NCBI GenBank assembly: GCA_964016885.1
Contig: OZ024750.1
Span: 6,820,001-6,884,000, forward strand
From: Eledone cirrhosa
Lineage: Eukaryota
DNA length: 64,000 bases
Direction: 5' to 3'
This document shows, piece after piece, positions 25,064-39,220 of the stretch. The notes under the pieces are model-generated. The model ran no database searches. It was not told the origin of the DNA and worked only from the letters and a program-made list of their open reading frames with translations. Each line of letters starts with the position of its first letter. Position 1 is the first letter of the stretch. The position numbers were made by a program, and so were the translations under genes.

Positions 25064-25141
25064 AACAATCACACACACACTATATATATATATATATATA
25101 TACACATATAAGCAATCACACACACACATTATATATATATA
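23726..25141. repeat. Compound minisatellite of AA(G/A)CAATCA(CA)n-(TA)n units
   Basis: Many units with a fixed CATATAA(G/A)CAATCA junction and variable CA and TA run lengths. Confidence 0.9.
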
Positions 25142-25587
25142 CCATTTATGAGAGTGTGTTCTAGAGAGTTGGAAGAAAATTATATTGTGTGATCTCAAAA
25201 TTGAATAAAAAAAAAATTAAATTGATAATCCTTAAGACTTAATTAATAATGCTTTTGATATTTAGTAGTGTGTTATTGGTGATAAATATTGATGATGGAT
25301 AGATATATATTGATATATATTAATGATGATGGTGATGATAGATAGATAGATATAGATGATGATGATGATGATGGTGGTGATAGATATAGATGATGATAGT
25401 AGATAGATATAGATGATGATCATATGTAGATATTGATGATGATGATAGATAGATAGATAGATATATATATATATATTGATGATGGTGGTGGTGGTGGTGG
25501 TGATGATGTTGGGGCTGCTATTGTTGAAATTGCACAATTGGTATGTTTAACAGCTACAAGACATACATACATACATACATACATACA

Positions 25588-25673
<86 letters not shown>

Positions 25674-25752
25674 TATGTATGTATACATACTTATATTTAA
25701 GTAACAGCCGTACTAAGAGTGAGAAATGAAATTTCGTTTCATTTTTTCCATT

Positions 25753-25796
<44 letters not shown>

Positions 25797-25809
25797 CACA
25801 CACACATAC

Positions 25810-25852
<43 letters not shown>

Positions 25853-25879
25853 TATATATATATATGTATATATATATAT

Positions 25880-25936
<57 letters not shown>

Positions 25937-25945
25937 TATATATAT

Positions 25946-25990
<45 letters not shown>

Positions 25991-26176
25991 CATACATATA
26001 TATATACATACATACATATATATATAACCCAGAACTTGAAGGAGAGAAGCGATGTGTTGGAGAATGTTAAAACTCTCTCTCTCTCTCTCTTATAAGGTGA
26101 TAGCTTGAAACGTGAGCTAGCGTTTCTCTTTTTAAATATTACTTCACATCTCAGAAGACTTAGCCGCCATCTTAGA

Positions 26177-26600
26177 CGCCACCGTCGACTCCACCGCCGC
26201 CACCCTCGACTTCACCGACGCCACCGTCGACTCCACCGCCGCCACCGTCGACCCCACCGCCGCCACCGTCGACTCCACCGCCGCCACCGTCGACCCCACC
26301 GCCGCCACCATCGACTCCACCGCCGCCACCGTCGACCCCACCGCCGCCACCGTCGACTCCACCGTCGACTCCACCGCCGCCACCGTCGACTCCACCGACG
26401 CCACCGTCGACTCCACCGCCGCCACCGTCGACTCCACCGACGCCACCGTCGACTCCACCGCCGCCACCGTCGACTCCACCGCCGCCACCGTCGACTCCAC
26501 CGACTCCACCGCCGCCACCGTCGACCCCACCACGCCACCGTCGACCCCACCGCCGCCACCATCGACTCCACCGCCGCCACCGTCGACTCCACCGCCGCCG
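26177..26600. repeat. GC/CpG-rich 21-bp minisatellite, about 20 copies
   Basis: Unit CGCCACCGTCGACTCCACCGC, with a GTCGAC site in most units. Confidence 0.95.
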
Positions 26601-27493
26601 AGAGAGATTTTAAAATCACATGATTTGCTCTATATGTGAAGGTGGGGAGGGTAGGCGTGGTGGTGGTGGTGGTGGAGGTGGTGGTGGTGGTGGTGGTGGT
26701 GGTGGTGGTGGTGGTGGTGGTGGTGGAGGTGGTGGTGGTGGTGATCTCTTTGAAGATATATCATGTATGTATGTGTCTGTGTGTTTACACGAGATATCGT
26801 GTGTGTGTGTGTGTGTGTGTGTGTACAGGAAGGGATGTGTGTGTGTGTGTACAGGAAGAGATGTGTGTGTGTGTGTGCTCATGGAAAGGTATGTGTCTGT
26901 GTGTGTTTGTGTGCGTGCACATGAAGAAATATCGTGTATATGTGTGTGTGTGCTCGTGAAGAGATATGTGTATGTGTGTGTGTGTGTGTGCATAAATTGA
27001 TATCGTGTGTAAGTGAAGAGATATCACGTGTGTGTGTACATGATATGTGGTATATGTGTGTGCATGTGATTACATGAAGATAACGTGTGTATGTGTGTAC
27101 ATGAAGAGATATGTGTGTGTGTGAGTATATGCAATGATATCATGTGTCTGTGTGTGTGTATGTATGAAGAGATATGTGTGAGTATTTTCAATGATATGTG
27201 TTTGTGTGTATATATGTATGTGTGTGTGTATGTATGTGTGTATATATGTGTGTGTGTATGTATGTGTATGTGTGTATATGTATGTGTGTATGTGTGTGTG
27301 TGTGTGTATGTGTATGTATGTGTGTATATATGTATGTGTATATGTAAGTGTATATGTATGTGTGTATGTATGTGTGTATGTATGTGTGTATATGTATGTG
27401 TGTATGTGTACCTGTTTTTCAATGTTCTTGTAAGGCTAATACTCTCATTATTTGTTAAAGGTAACTAGATCTCTTTCTTGATTAGTTGTCTAG

Positions 27494-27804
<311 letters not shown>

Positions 27805-27860
27805 ATATATCTTAATGCACGGTTTGTGTATGTATATATTTCATTAACTTTCTTATAATG

Positions 27861-27892
<32 letters not shown>

Positions 27893-28057
27893 ATATATAT
27901 ATGTGTGTGTGGGTGTATATATATATATGTGTGTGTGTATATATATATGTGTGTGTGTATACAAAAGGCAAACGACACAGTACAATGAAGAAATATATTA
28001 GTTTTACGCTTGATATAGTAGGAAAAGAGTCTTAACGTTATATATACACATAGATGC

Positions 28058-28830
28058 TCACACTGTAAAGTGGTCGGTGATGGGGAAGGTATCCAACCCT
28101 AGATAGAAAAGGTGCAAAACAAAGGGTTGGCAGGACTCTTCAGCCAGGTCCAAGACATGGCAACCTCCCTAGAGCTGGTGCCATTCTAAAATGCATCCGG
28201 TGGACTCAATACAGTACAGGAACGTGTGAGAGTTATGAGAGTGAGATACAGATCCTGGGCCCGACTGAGAGGTCAGTGGATCTGATTAAATACTGACTTG
28301 GTTTGTGACATCTTGCCTAAAACACTTGCTAGCAGGGAAAATGGATGTTGAATGATGGTGATGATGATGGTGGTGGTGGTGGTGGTGGTGGTGATGGTGG
28401 TGGTGATGGTGGTGGTGGTGGTGATGGTTATGATGATGGTGATGGTGATTATGGTGGTGATGATGGTCATGGTGGTGATGATAATGGTAGTGATGGTGAT
28501 GATGATGGTGGTGATGGTGGTGGTGATGATGATGATAATGGTGGTGGTGGTGGTGGTGATGATAATGGTGGTGGTGGTGGTGGTGGTGGTGGTGATGATG
28601 ATGATGGTGATGGTGATGGTGATGATGATGGTGATGATAATGGTGGTGATGGTGGTGGTGGTGATGATGGTGGTGATGGTGATTATGATGGTGGTGATGG
28701 TGATGATAATGGTGGTGATGGTGGTGGTGGTGATGATGGTGGTGATGGTGATTATGATGGTGGTGATGGTGGTGATGGTGATGATGATGATGGTGGTGAT
28801 GGTGGTGATGGTTATGATGATGGTGATATA
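28058..28830 (+). mobile_element. SINE-like family D with tail expanded into a (GAT/GGT)n tract
   Basis: Body 28058-28350 ends TGCTAGCAGGGAAAATGGATGTTGAATGATG and runs into trinucleotide repeat to 28826. Reverse 3' fragments lie near 17210, 35420, 36800 and 56043. Confidence 0.6.
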
Positions 28831-29725
28831 ATATACTTTTTAAGATGTAATTCTTTCTACTACATGCCTTTATATATGTGTGTGGTCATGCACACACATA
28901 TGCACGCTCTCACAGACTCACACACACACACACTCTCACACACATACACACTCTCACAGACTCACACACACACACTGTCACGCACACACACTCACAGACA
29001 CACACACACTCGCACAGACACACACACTCGCACAGACACACACACACTCTCACAGACTCACACACACACACACTGTCACGCACACACACTCTCACACACT
29101 CGCACAGACACACACACACTCTCACAGACACACACACACTCATACACACTCGCACAGACACACACATAATGAAATATCTTTGACTATGTGTTTATTACAC
29201 AAATCTATTCTGGCTGGCTTTGACCAGTTGGCAATTGTCCAGATATTTTAACTATTGGCTGTAGCTTAAAGATAGACAGATAGATAGATAGTTGGATAGA
29301 TAGATAGATAGAGATAGATAGATATATAGACAGATAGATAGATAAATAGATAGATATATATAGATAGATAGATAGATTTCTTTATTAGCCACAAGGGCGC
29401 AACAAGAAGATAGATAGATATATAGAGAGATAGAGAGATATATAGTTGGATAGATGGATAGATAGATAGATAGATAGTTATAGATAGATAGATATATAGA
29501 CAGATAGATAGATAGATAGGAAGGGAGATAGATAGATAGCTAGCTAGATAGAGATAGATAGATAGATATACAGATATATATATATATGTATATATATAGA
29601 GAGAGTCAGATAGTCAGAGAGAGAGAGAGCTAGATAGTCAGAGAGAGAGAGAGAGAGAGAGAGAGTTAGATAGTCAGAGAGAGAGAGAGTTAGATAGTCA
29701 GAGAGAGATAGTTAGATAGTCAGAG

Positions 29726-29766
<41 letters not shown>

Positions 29767-30060
29767 ATTGATCACTGGATTCTTTGGTCTTCAGGTTTAA
29801 AAGTAATTCTGATGGTTATCAACCAAGTCTAATGTAAAGATTGCTCTGTTGCTTTTCTCTGGGAAGTGGCAGGCAGTTTTCCTGTCTGGTTACTTTGGTG
29901 AAATACCATAAATGACAGACATCCACCTCTGTGGTCCAGCCCTCTACAACTCCCTCAAGTTTTATTTAGACAGGAGGGAATGTGAAGGTAAAGAGGGAAG
30001 TACCCATCATTCTCTTTTGTTATATATATATAGCTCATTACGTTCTGAGTTCAAATCCGC

Positions 30061-30412
30061 CTGAGGTTAACTTAAGCCAGAAGGCTCAGTTGGTCAGTGC
30101 TAATCTGAGGTTAACTTAAGCCAGAAGGCTCAGTTGGCCAGTGCTAATCTGAGGTTAACTTAAGCCAGAAGGCTCAGTTGGCCAGTGCTAATCTGAGGTT
30201 AACTTAAGCCAGAAGGCTCAGTTGGCCAGTGCTAATCTGAGGTTAACTTAAGCCAGAAGGCTCAGTTGGCCAGTGCTAATCTGAGGTTAACTTAAGCCAG
30301 AAGGCTCAGTTGGCCAGTGCTAATCTGAGGTTAACTTAAGCTAGAAGGCTCAGTTGGCCAGTGCTAATCTGAAGTTAACTTAAGCCAGAAGGCTCAGTTG
30401 GTCAGTGCTAAT
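30061..30412. repeat. 44-bp x8 tandem repeat made of a SINE A / SINE B junction
   Basis: Unit CTGAGGTTAACTT (continues the SINE A fragment at 30040-30073) plus AAGCCAGAAGGCTCAGTTGGCCAGTGCTAAT (end of the adjacent SINE B). Confidence 0.9.
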
Positions 30413-30650
30413 CCTGGTTTCTGTGGCATGAAGCAACTGAGAGTACAAGACTCCACTCTGGACTCTGCCAGTCCATCGCAGGGTTAAACCCCCAGCTATT
30501 GCCAACACTCATTTTCAGCTGAGTTTACTGGAGCAACGTGAAATGAAGTGTCTTGCTCAAGAACACAACACGCAACCCAGGAATCAAATCAAACCCACAA
30601 CATTATGATCGTAAGTCCAACACCCTTACCACTAGGCCACATGCCTCCAC
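30382..30650 (-). mobile_element. SINE family B, tRNA-headed CORE-like SINE
   Basis: Reverse complement: GTGGAGGCATGTGGCCTAGTGGTAAGG (A box) ... TTGTGTTCTTGAGCAAGACACTT (CORE-like block). Confidence 0.85.
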
Positions 30651-30665
30651 TATATATTTATATAT

Positions 30666-30854
30666 AACGAAGGAGTTGTGGTAAGGAACCAGATGGACCA
30701 TAACGCACCAGAGTACTCAATACTTAGGGTAGTAGAGTGGGTAATAGGAGAAAGTATGACCCCGACGGCAGAGCTCAAGCCGTTTCGATCGCTATTTCTG
30801 GACTGAAATAGCCGTCAAAACGGCTTGAGCTCTGCCGTCGGGGTCATACTTTCT

Positions 30855-30859
<5 letters not shown>
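30666..30859 (-). mobile_element. Family P2 element with 55-bp inverted repeat
   Basis: Arms 30744-30798 and 30805-30859, spacer TGGACT. Mirror image of 18721-18914, flanked by TA repeats. Confidence 0.85.
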
Positions 30860-30952
<93 letters not shown>

Positions 30953-31732
30953 GTCCCTCAAAAATATATATATACTTTGATTACCTGTACAGGCAATATT
31001 TATTAGAATGGTGTTGAAGTGTGTATATATATTTTTAAGAATACCCTGTATATATGTATGTGTGTATATATATATATATGTGTTCGTGTGTGTGTTATGC
31101 ATGCATTGTGTCTGTGTGTGTATTATGTATGCAAATATATGTATGTGTGTGTGTGTAGTACGTATGTGTGCGTGTGTGTGTGTGTAGTATGGATATGTGT
31201 GTGTGTAGTATGGATGTGTGCATGTAGTATGGATGTGTGTTTGTATGAAACTGAAGCTTTCAAATCCTATGATAGGTTATCGTCATGCAACACACATAGA
31301 CACATAGACACATAGACTCACACTCACACATACACACATACACACACAATAAACTATGGCTAAATTTTATTTATAAATTCTGTTTAAAATGTTCATCTTT
31401 ATACCTTTCTTTATATAAATATAGTTTCTCCTCCAACACAGAAAGTACTCTGGAAAAATGAGTTAATTTAAATTGAAAGTGGGCTGTCAGAATACATTCT
31501 CGTTTTTCTTTTTCTCTAAATAAAATATGAGCTAAGAAAGTGGGTTATATGTACTGGAGCTTGCTATAGAAAATACTTAATCTAAATATATAAATTTTCA
31601 AGCCACAGCTAATGCAAATAAGCTCTGTTAGAGTACCTGAAATATGAAGTATATGATGTTATTGATTTAATCTTGGCCTATCTTACTTTCTGGTTGAATT
31701 CTCTCTCCACGTTGTTGCAATTGGTTAAATTA

Positions 31733-32022
31733 TTCAGCCTGGGAAAAGTCAGTTCTTGTAAACCAGAGGTCAGTAGTCATTGTTGAGTAGATAGACTTCT
31801 GACCAAAAGACTTTCCAACCAGGACCATCTCAGCCTGGGAAAAGTCAGTTCTTTTAAACCAGAAGTCTGTAGTCATTGTTGAGTAGATAGACTTCTGACC
31901 AAAAGACTTTCCAACCAGGACCATCTCAGCCTGGGAAAAGTCAGTTCTTTTAAACCAGAAGTCAGTAGTCATTGTTGAGTAGATAGACTTCTGACCAAAA
32001 GACTTTCCAACCGGGGCCATCC
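31733..32022. repeat. 96-bp x3 tandem repeat at the edge of a family C element
   Basis: TCAGCCTGGGAAAAGTCAG...CCAACCAGGACCATC is repeated 3 times. Confidence 0.9.
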
Positions 32023-32147
32023 TGTCTGTCTCTATTTTCTGACATACTATAACTATGGCTACATCATCTAATGTTTTCTTCTGTTTTTGAAGGTGGTAGT
32101 GTGTTATATGAAGGATATTCTACAAAATAAGACTAAAGTCTCCAACC

Positions 32148-32400
32148 AAGAAGCTCATCAGGCCAGTGCTTATCCTGGTTTCTGTGGCATGAAGCAACTG
32201 AAAGTACAAGACTGCCCCCTGGACAGGACGCCAGTCCATCGCAGGGTTAAACCCCCAGCTATGGCTGATACTCACTTTTAGCTGAGTATACTGGAGCAAC
32301 GTGAAATGAAGTGTTTTGCTCAAGAACACAACCCGGGAATCAAACCCACAACATTATCATTGTAAGCCAACACCCTTACCACTAGGCCACACACCTCCAT
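32148..32400 (-). mobile_element. SINE family B
   Basis: High similarity to 30382-30650. Confidence 0.85.
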
Positions 32401-32607
32401 AGAGACATTGAAAACCATTTTCTTCACCTAAACACGGATCAGGATTTTCATAAAGGGATCCTTTCTGAGGCAAGGTTTTACTGCTGAATGTCCTTCCTGG
32501 GTCTTCCTTCCTTTTACTTGCCCCTCATGACAATCACACAACACAGTTGAGAACAAAAATACAACAGACATTTCTAATGCTTAAACACCAATAACTATCA
32601 TTGATAT

Positions 32608-33086
32608 TATGGCAGTATTGGTAGAGCGTCAGACACCATGTTTTGCAGCATAGAGTTATGGCCCTTAACGTTCTGAATTAAAATCCACCCGAGGTTAACT
32701 TTGCCTTTCATCCTTATGAGGTCGATAAAATAAAGTACCAGTAATGCACTGGGGGCGATTTAATCGACTTTCCCCTCTCCCAAAATTGCTGGCCTTGTGC
32801 CTATATAAGAAACCATGTACCAGTAATACACTGGAATAATTGCTGGCCTTGTGCCTATATAAGTAGCCATTATTATTATTATTATTGTTATTGGGGGCGG
32901 TGGATTGGCAGTATCGGTAGAGGGTCGGACGCCATGCTTTGACGCATAGAGTTACGGCCCTTGCCATTCTGAGTGCAAATCCCGCCGAGGTTAACTTTGC
33001 CTTTCATCCTTACGGGGTCGATAAAATAAAGTACCAGTAATGCACTAGGGTAATTGCTGGCCTTGTGCCTAAAGTAGAAACAATTA
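32608..33086 (+). mobile_element. Two SINE family A copies (32608-32812 with duplicated tail to ~32865, and 32896-33086)
   Basis: Each has the A box, B box, core and GCTGGCCTTGTGCC tail. Confidence 0.9.
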
Positions 33087-33313
33087 TTGTTCTTGTTATT
33101 ATTAGCACTGTCACATGACATCAGTGAAGAAAGAGTGTTTAGATTCCTAGCAATAAGATCTGCTAATTCCCTTCAAGACATTCCTTTAATTCTAGTTAAG
33201 CTGTCAGGAGTTGAGGATGTCTGACTTTTTGGATGTGAAATGTTAAAGAAGAATTACAAATAGAAATGAGAGATTGCAGCTATTTCAACCAACAGTTTAT
33301 GTACATGTTTGTT

Positions 33314-33347
<34 letters not shown>

Positions 33348-33354
33348 TAGATAG

Positions 33355-33452
33355 TCGGGTGGGGGGGGGGGGGGGGGGGTCAAGTATGAAATTTGTAGAA
33401 GTTTGTAGAAGAAAAACACATTTCTACAAATTTCATACTTGACGACCCAATA
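33355..33452. mobile_element. Miniature Tc1/mariner-like foldback element
   Basis: 22-bp perfect inverted arms GTCAAGTATGAAATTTGTAGAA (33379) and TTCTACAAATTTCATACTTGAC (to 33443). The left terminus is replaced by a G run. Confidence 0.65.
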
Positions 33453-34817
33453 TACATGGTATTACTTCCCCACTTATATTACTGCTATGGTCCAAGGTCA
33501 TTTGACTTTATTAACTAGATTTACCTCTCTTATACACGCACATATATATATATATATATATATATATTGCATGTTCTAGCCCTTCCTCTCTTATACACAC
33601 ATATATATATATATACATGTTCTGGTCCTTCCTCTCTTATACACACACATATATATATATATCTATCACATGTCCTGGTCCTTCCTCTCTCACACAACAC
33701 ACACATATATATCACATGTTCTGGTCCTTCCTCTCTTATACATATATATATATATCATATGTTCTAGTCCTTCCCATATTTTCCTAATGTCAGTAAAACC
33801 AACAATTCTCCATAACACTTGACATTAAGGATTACATTATTACCCTTCAACATTTTCAAAATTATGAGTTACTGCCTAATAAAACTTGTTCTCTTCTGAA
33901 TTTCAAATGAGAGATAAAATTAGTCACGAAGGACGAAAAAATAAAAAGAATATATATTTCAAATGAACAATTTCATCAAATGAAACAGTCTTCCTACACT
34001 CACTACATATTTTCTATTTAAATTAATTGAAACTTAAAATGTACTGTGAAAAGTAGGTTAATTGATATATAGGCTGTGAAAAAGAACACAAAATATAATT
34101 GTACTGTTTAATATAGACTAATTTAAGTAATGGCTGTCTCTATCACAAATTACAGGACTCAGAAAGACTATTTACTTCAGATTTAGATGCATTAAGTGAA
34201 AAAAGTTGAATTTCCCTTTGGAAAAAACACAGCTCTGCTGCTAGTAATTAAAAAAATTTTTTTTATCAAAAGCTCCTATATCTATTTTCATAATCAAATA
34301 AATTGAGTTATGTTGAATTAAATGTTTTTGCTTCTAGAAAACACCTAGAAGAAGTATGAACTGATAGTGAAATAATTTATCTTATTTAATCGCTGTAAAA
34401 TAGATAATTGAATGAAAGGAATCTTAAAATTTATACTATTAAAGATGGCTGACCTTAGAATATCATCAGAAGACAGGTTTTCTCATTTGCAGATGATGTT
34501 GGAATTATTGCTTCCATTTATTTAGACTTGAAGTATTTTATAAGGAAGAAATATTTTCAATGAATTGAGTTAGTATAATGTTGCTGCTACTTTTTGTTGA
34601 GTCCTGAGTCCCCACCCCACCCCACAATAAAAGCTGAAGTCAATACATTAATATTTAGTTCTGACTTTTGATATACCTGTCCTCTCTTCATCAACATAAC
34701 TGTGTTTATATATATATAGGTCCATTTAATTACCTTATAGTGTGACCAATATCTTATATATAAGTCTATTTAGTAACTTAACTACTTCTGTAGAGTGACC
34801 AATATTTTATATATAAG

Positions 34818-35006
34818 AGGGTGGTGGATTGGCAGTATCGCTAGAGCGTCGGACGCCATGTTTTGCAGCAAAGAGTTATGACCCTTTATGGTCTGTGTTC
34901 AAATCCCGCCGAAGTTAACTTTGCCTTTCATCCTTACGGGGTCGATAAAATAAAGTACCAGTAATACACTGGGATAATTGCTGGCCTTGTTCCAAAAATA
35001 GAAACA
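34818..35006 (+). mobile_element. SINE family A with 17-bp target-site duplication
   Basis: AATATTTTATATATAAG at 34801-34817 and 35007-35023 flanks a full copy. Confidence 0.92.
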
Positions 35007-35085
35007 AATATTTTATATATAAGTCCACTTAGTTCACTAACTACATTTGTAGAGTGACCAATATCTTCAGTCATACAATACTCAC

Positions 35086-35208
35086 CGACTGAAGATTTTG
35101 GTGTAGAAGTCTGCACACCATACAGCCATTTGTCACATATATTCACCCCTCCCGGGCTCCTCTGTGGCGGCCCATGGAGAATTTCTAAAGAATATGACAA
35201 GATAATTC
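35086..35208 (-). CDS. Candidate 123-nt internal exon (phase 1 to 1)
   Basis: Acceptor TTCCCTTATTATACAG| and consensus donor G|GTGAGT, with one open frame (G)IILSYSLEILHGPPQRSPGGVNICDKWLYGVQTSTPKSSV. GC is higher than in the flanks. An alternative in-frame acceptor exists at TTCTTTAG. Confidence 0.5.
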
Positions 35209-36084
35209 CTGTATAATAAGGGAAATGAATGATAGATACACATGAAGAATTAAAACAGAAAAAAATTAAAATCTTTCGCTATTATATACATTTATGATTC
35301 TTTACTGAAAAAATAGAAAATGTTAATAAAATTATATTTGAAAATCAATATGTACTCAGTGTCGGACCCGTCAAGGTCTCAAATATGGGACATGTTTAAC
35401 ACATAACATTCTGTGTCATTGCCGTCATTTTAATGTCAGCTTTCTCTGTTATCAATGGTTGGCCGGTAGTAATGATAGGAATATAAGATAAACACGATTA
35501 GACCTCCACCCTTGGATAATAAGGTTTAACTAAACTAACAACGTTTCTATAACTTGGATGAATATTTAACAAGAAAATAATGGGTTATAGTAGATAAGTA
35601 TAATTGATTAGAAACTATTGCTGATTTGTTGTCCTGACAATAAAAATCTTGTCAAACTTAACATAAGTCTTTTATCTCTACTTGAGTTATTAAAAAAACT
35701 GAAGTTCACACCAGTATATTGAGCTCAGTTGTCAAAACCTACAATGTTGAAGTTGATACCAGTATATTGAGTTGAGCTGTTAAAACCTACAGTGTTAAAG
35801 TTGACACTGTATATTGTGCTAAGCTATCAAAACCTACAGTATTGAAGTTGACACTGTATATTGAGCTGTTAAAGCTTACTATGTGTTTGACAATATTCTT
35901 AAGTATTTGATTATCTACTTCCTGTGCTCCAGGTTGTCTCAACTTAAGCTCATTGAAGCCACTTAACAGCAATCTACAATAGATAAGTATCTTATACAGG
36001 GGATGACTTCTCTCACACTAATTCACAGGTAAACTTTAGGAAGGATTTAACTCAAATAAAGCTTTCTTCAGTGTGAAACCTTAA

Positions 36085-36303
36085 CCCTTTAGCATTTACA
36101 TTATTCTATATTTACTATAATGTTTTCAGGGTAAAGGCTTTACCTCATATAATTATCTCACATAATATTGAATCTGAGATTTAAATATTATTTATTTTGG
36201 AAACAATACCTTAATGTAAATATGAGGGGCCGGTTACAGCTGGTTTGAACAGAAAGAGGTGAGAGAATTTTGGCCGGATAAAGCCGGTTTAAATGCTAAA
36301 GGG
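36085..36303. mobile_element. piggyBac-like MITE, intact
   Basis: TIR CCCTTTAGCATTTA / TAAATGCTAAAGGG, with TTAA at 36081-36084 and 36304-36307. Confidence 0.9.
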
Positions 36304-36342
36304 TTAAACATGTAAACTATCTTATTCAACAACATTATAACA

Positions 36343-36700
36343 GGTGGATTGGCAGTATCGGTAGAGGGTCGGACGCCATGCTTTGACGTATAGAGTTACG
36401 GCCCTTGCCATTCTGAGTTCAAATCCCGCCAAGGTTAACTTTGCCTTTCATCCTTACGGGGTCGATAAAATAAAGTACCAGTAATACACTGGGGTAATTG
36501 CTGGCCTTGTGCCTAACGTAGAAACAATTATAACAGGTGGATTGGCAGTATCAGTAGAGGCTGGGACACCATGCTTTGGTCTGAGTTCAAATCCCGCTGA
36601 GGTTAACTTTGCCTTTCATCCTTACGGGGTCGATAAAATAAAGTACCAGTAATACACTGGAGTAATTGCTGGCCTTGCGCCAAAAGTAGGAACAACTATA
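36343..36700 (+). mobile_element. Two head-to-tail SINE family A copies
   Basis: Both are preceded by TTATAACAGGTGGATTGG. The second has an internal deletion before the B box. Confidence 0.9.
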
Positions 36701-36982
36701 ACATGCAAGGTCTGTTGTGGGATATAAACCTATACCTTGTAAATTAGATGTATGTATGGCCTGCTGTTTCTATTGGGTCCTCATGTTACTCGTGGTCATC
36801 ATTGTTTAAGATAACATTCATTTCTGGCATGGGTTGGACAGGTCTACATTACACCTCTCAGTGTATATATTAATGTTGTGTCTGTGTAAGATGTATGTAT
36901 AGCTTGTATGTATTTCTATTGGGGCCTCTCATCTTAGTTACAAGTCAACCTCTAGTTATACTCTATTTTAAAAGGGAAAGGT

Positions 36983-38080
36983 TATAGACATACTGTTCTA
37001 TAGAGTTGTTTGTTCTGTAAACATACCGCTCTATAGAGTTGTTTGTTCTATAGAAATACTGTTCTATAGAGTTGTTTGTTCCATAGAAATACTGTTCTAT
37101 AGAGTTGTTTGTTCTGTAAACATACCGCTCTCTAGAGTTGTTTGTTCTATAGAAATACTGTTCTATAGAGTTGTTTGTTCTATAGAAATACTGTTCTATA
37201 GAGTTGTTTGTTCTGTAAACATACCGCTCTATAGAGTTGTTTGTTCTATAGAAATACTGTTCTATAGAGTTGTTTGTTCTGTAAACATACCGCTCTATAG
37301 AGTTGTTTGTTCTATAGAAATACTGTTCTATAGAGTTGTTTGTTCTGTAAACATACCGCTCTATAGAGTTGTTTGTTCTATAGAAATACTGTTCTATAGA
37401 GTTGTTTGTTCTGTAAACATACCGCTCTATAGAGTTGTTTGTTCTATAGAAATACTGTTCTATAGAGTTGTTTGTTCCATAGAAATACTGTTCTATAGAG
37501 TTGTTTGTTCTATAGAAATACTGTTCTATAGAGTTGTTTGTTCTATAGAAATACTGTTCTATAGAGTTGTTTGTTCCATAGAAATACTGTTCTATAGAGT
37601 TGTTTGTTCCATAGAAATACTGTTCTATAGAGTTGTTTGTTCTATAGAAATACTGTTCTATAGAGTTGTTTGTTCTATAGAAATACTGTTCTATAGAGTT
37701 GTTTGTTCTGTAAACATACCGCTCTATAGAGTTGTTTGTTCTATAGAAATACTGTTCTATAGAGTTGTTTGTTCTATAGAAATACTGTTCTATAGAGTTG
37801 TTTGTTCTGTAAACATACCGCTCTATAGAGTTGTTTGTTCCATAGAAATACTGTTCTATAGAGTTGTTTGTTCTGTAAACATACCGCTCTATAGAGTTGT
37901 TTGTTCTATAGAAATACTGTTCTATAGAGTTGTTTGTTCTGTAAACATACCGTTCTATAGAGTTGTTTGTTCTATAGAAATACTGTTCTATAGAGTTGTT
38001 TGTTCTGTTAACATACCGCTCTATAGAGTTGTTTGTTCTATAGAAATACTGTTCTATAGAGTTGTTTGTTCTGTAGACAA
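36983..38080. repeat. 33-bp minisatellite, about 33 copies, two interspersed unit types
   Basis: TATAGAGTTGTTTGTTC followed by either TATAGAAATACTGTTC or TGTAAACATACCGCTC. Confidence 0.95.
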
Positions 38081-38564
38081 ACCATTCTATATGTAATTAT
38101 ATGTAGACATACTGAACATTTGTGTAATTATATCTTAGAAATAAATTATTAAAATATCATTTGTTATCTTTGATCACTGCCAAATGTGAGTGAACAACAT
38201 AAACTATAAGGTTTCTCTTATGTAAAGCATTACTTTATCGAAACACAAATTTCCTTTGTATGATTGTTCATATACCTGGTAATGCTAGCATATGTCATAC
38301 AAACCCTGGCAGACTGGGGTGTAGAGTCTGTCCCTCCCTTTCCTCTCACCCCTCCCTCCCCCTCTCTCCTTCCCTCCCTTTCTACCTCCTCTCACCCCTC
38401 CCTCCCTTTTCTTCTTTCCTCTTTTCTTTTTCCTTTCCTTTTTTTTTCTTTGTTTCATTTAAATAGTTTTTTTTTGTCTAACTTTACAATGTTATTCTTG
38501 TAATATTTTAAATAAATAATTTGTAGAGAAGAGAAAACACAATTAAACACATTGTCGTCTGCCG

Positions 38565-38972
38565 TAGTCTGTCATATATTGATATAGTCTGTCATGTATT
38601 GATATAGTCTGTCATATATTGATATAGTCTGTCATATATTGATGTCGTCTGTCATATATTGATATAGTCTGTCATATATTGATATAGTCTGTCATGTATT
38701 GATATAGTCTGTCATGTATTGATATAGTCTGTCATATATTGATATAGTCTGTCATATATTGATATAGTCTGTCATGTATTGATATAGTCTGTCATATATT
38801 GATATAGTCTGTCATATATTAATATAGTCTGTCATATATTGATGTCGTCTGTCATTTATTGATATAGTCTGTCATGTATTGATATAGTCTGTCATATATT
38901 GATATAGTCTGTCATATATTGATGTCGTCTGTCATATATTGATATAGTCTGTCATATATTGATGATATATTG
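38565..38972. repeat. 20-bp minisatellite, about 20 copies
   Basis: Unit TAGTCTGTCAT(A/G)TATTGATA. Confidence 0.95.
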
Positions 38973-39097
38973 ATGGCCCATTGGTTAAATAAGAATATGG
39001 AATGTAGGGGGACATAGAAATTATATTTGTGGGTTAAGGTTTAGTTACACAACCAAGGAAACTGAAAACTGTAATAGTAAACCTCAGTCAACATCTC

Positions 39098-39132
<35 letters not shown>

Positions 39133-39187
39133 ACCTCTCAGTTTGTCTGTCTGTCTCTCTCTCTACCCCTCAGTTTGTCTCTCACTC

Positions 39188-39220
<33 letters not shown>

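Noticed and set aside
26105-26623. Protamine-like Arg/His-rich protein
   Set aside because: It is a 21-bp minisatellite open in several frames, and the ORF has only a TTG start with no supporting gene structure.
31690-31745. 52-nt minus-strand exon (LNNLTNCNNVEREFNQK)
   Set aside because: Its acceptor lies inside the 96-bp tandem repeat and its phase does not fit the 35086 donor. Unsupported without RNA data.
35880-35973. Minus-strand exon LLLSGFNELKLRQPGAQE
   Set aside because: The only good donor lies in a degenerate tandem repeat and gives a phase incompatible with the next candidate exon.
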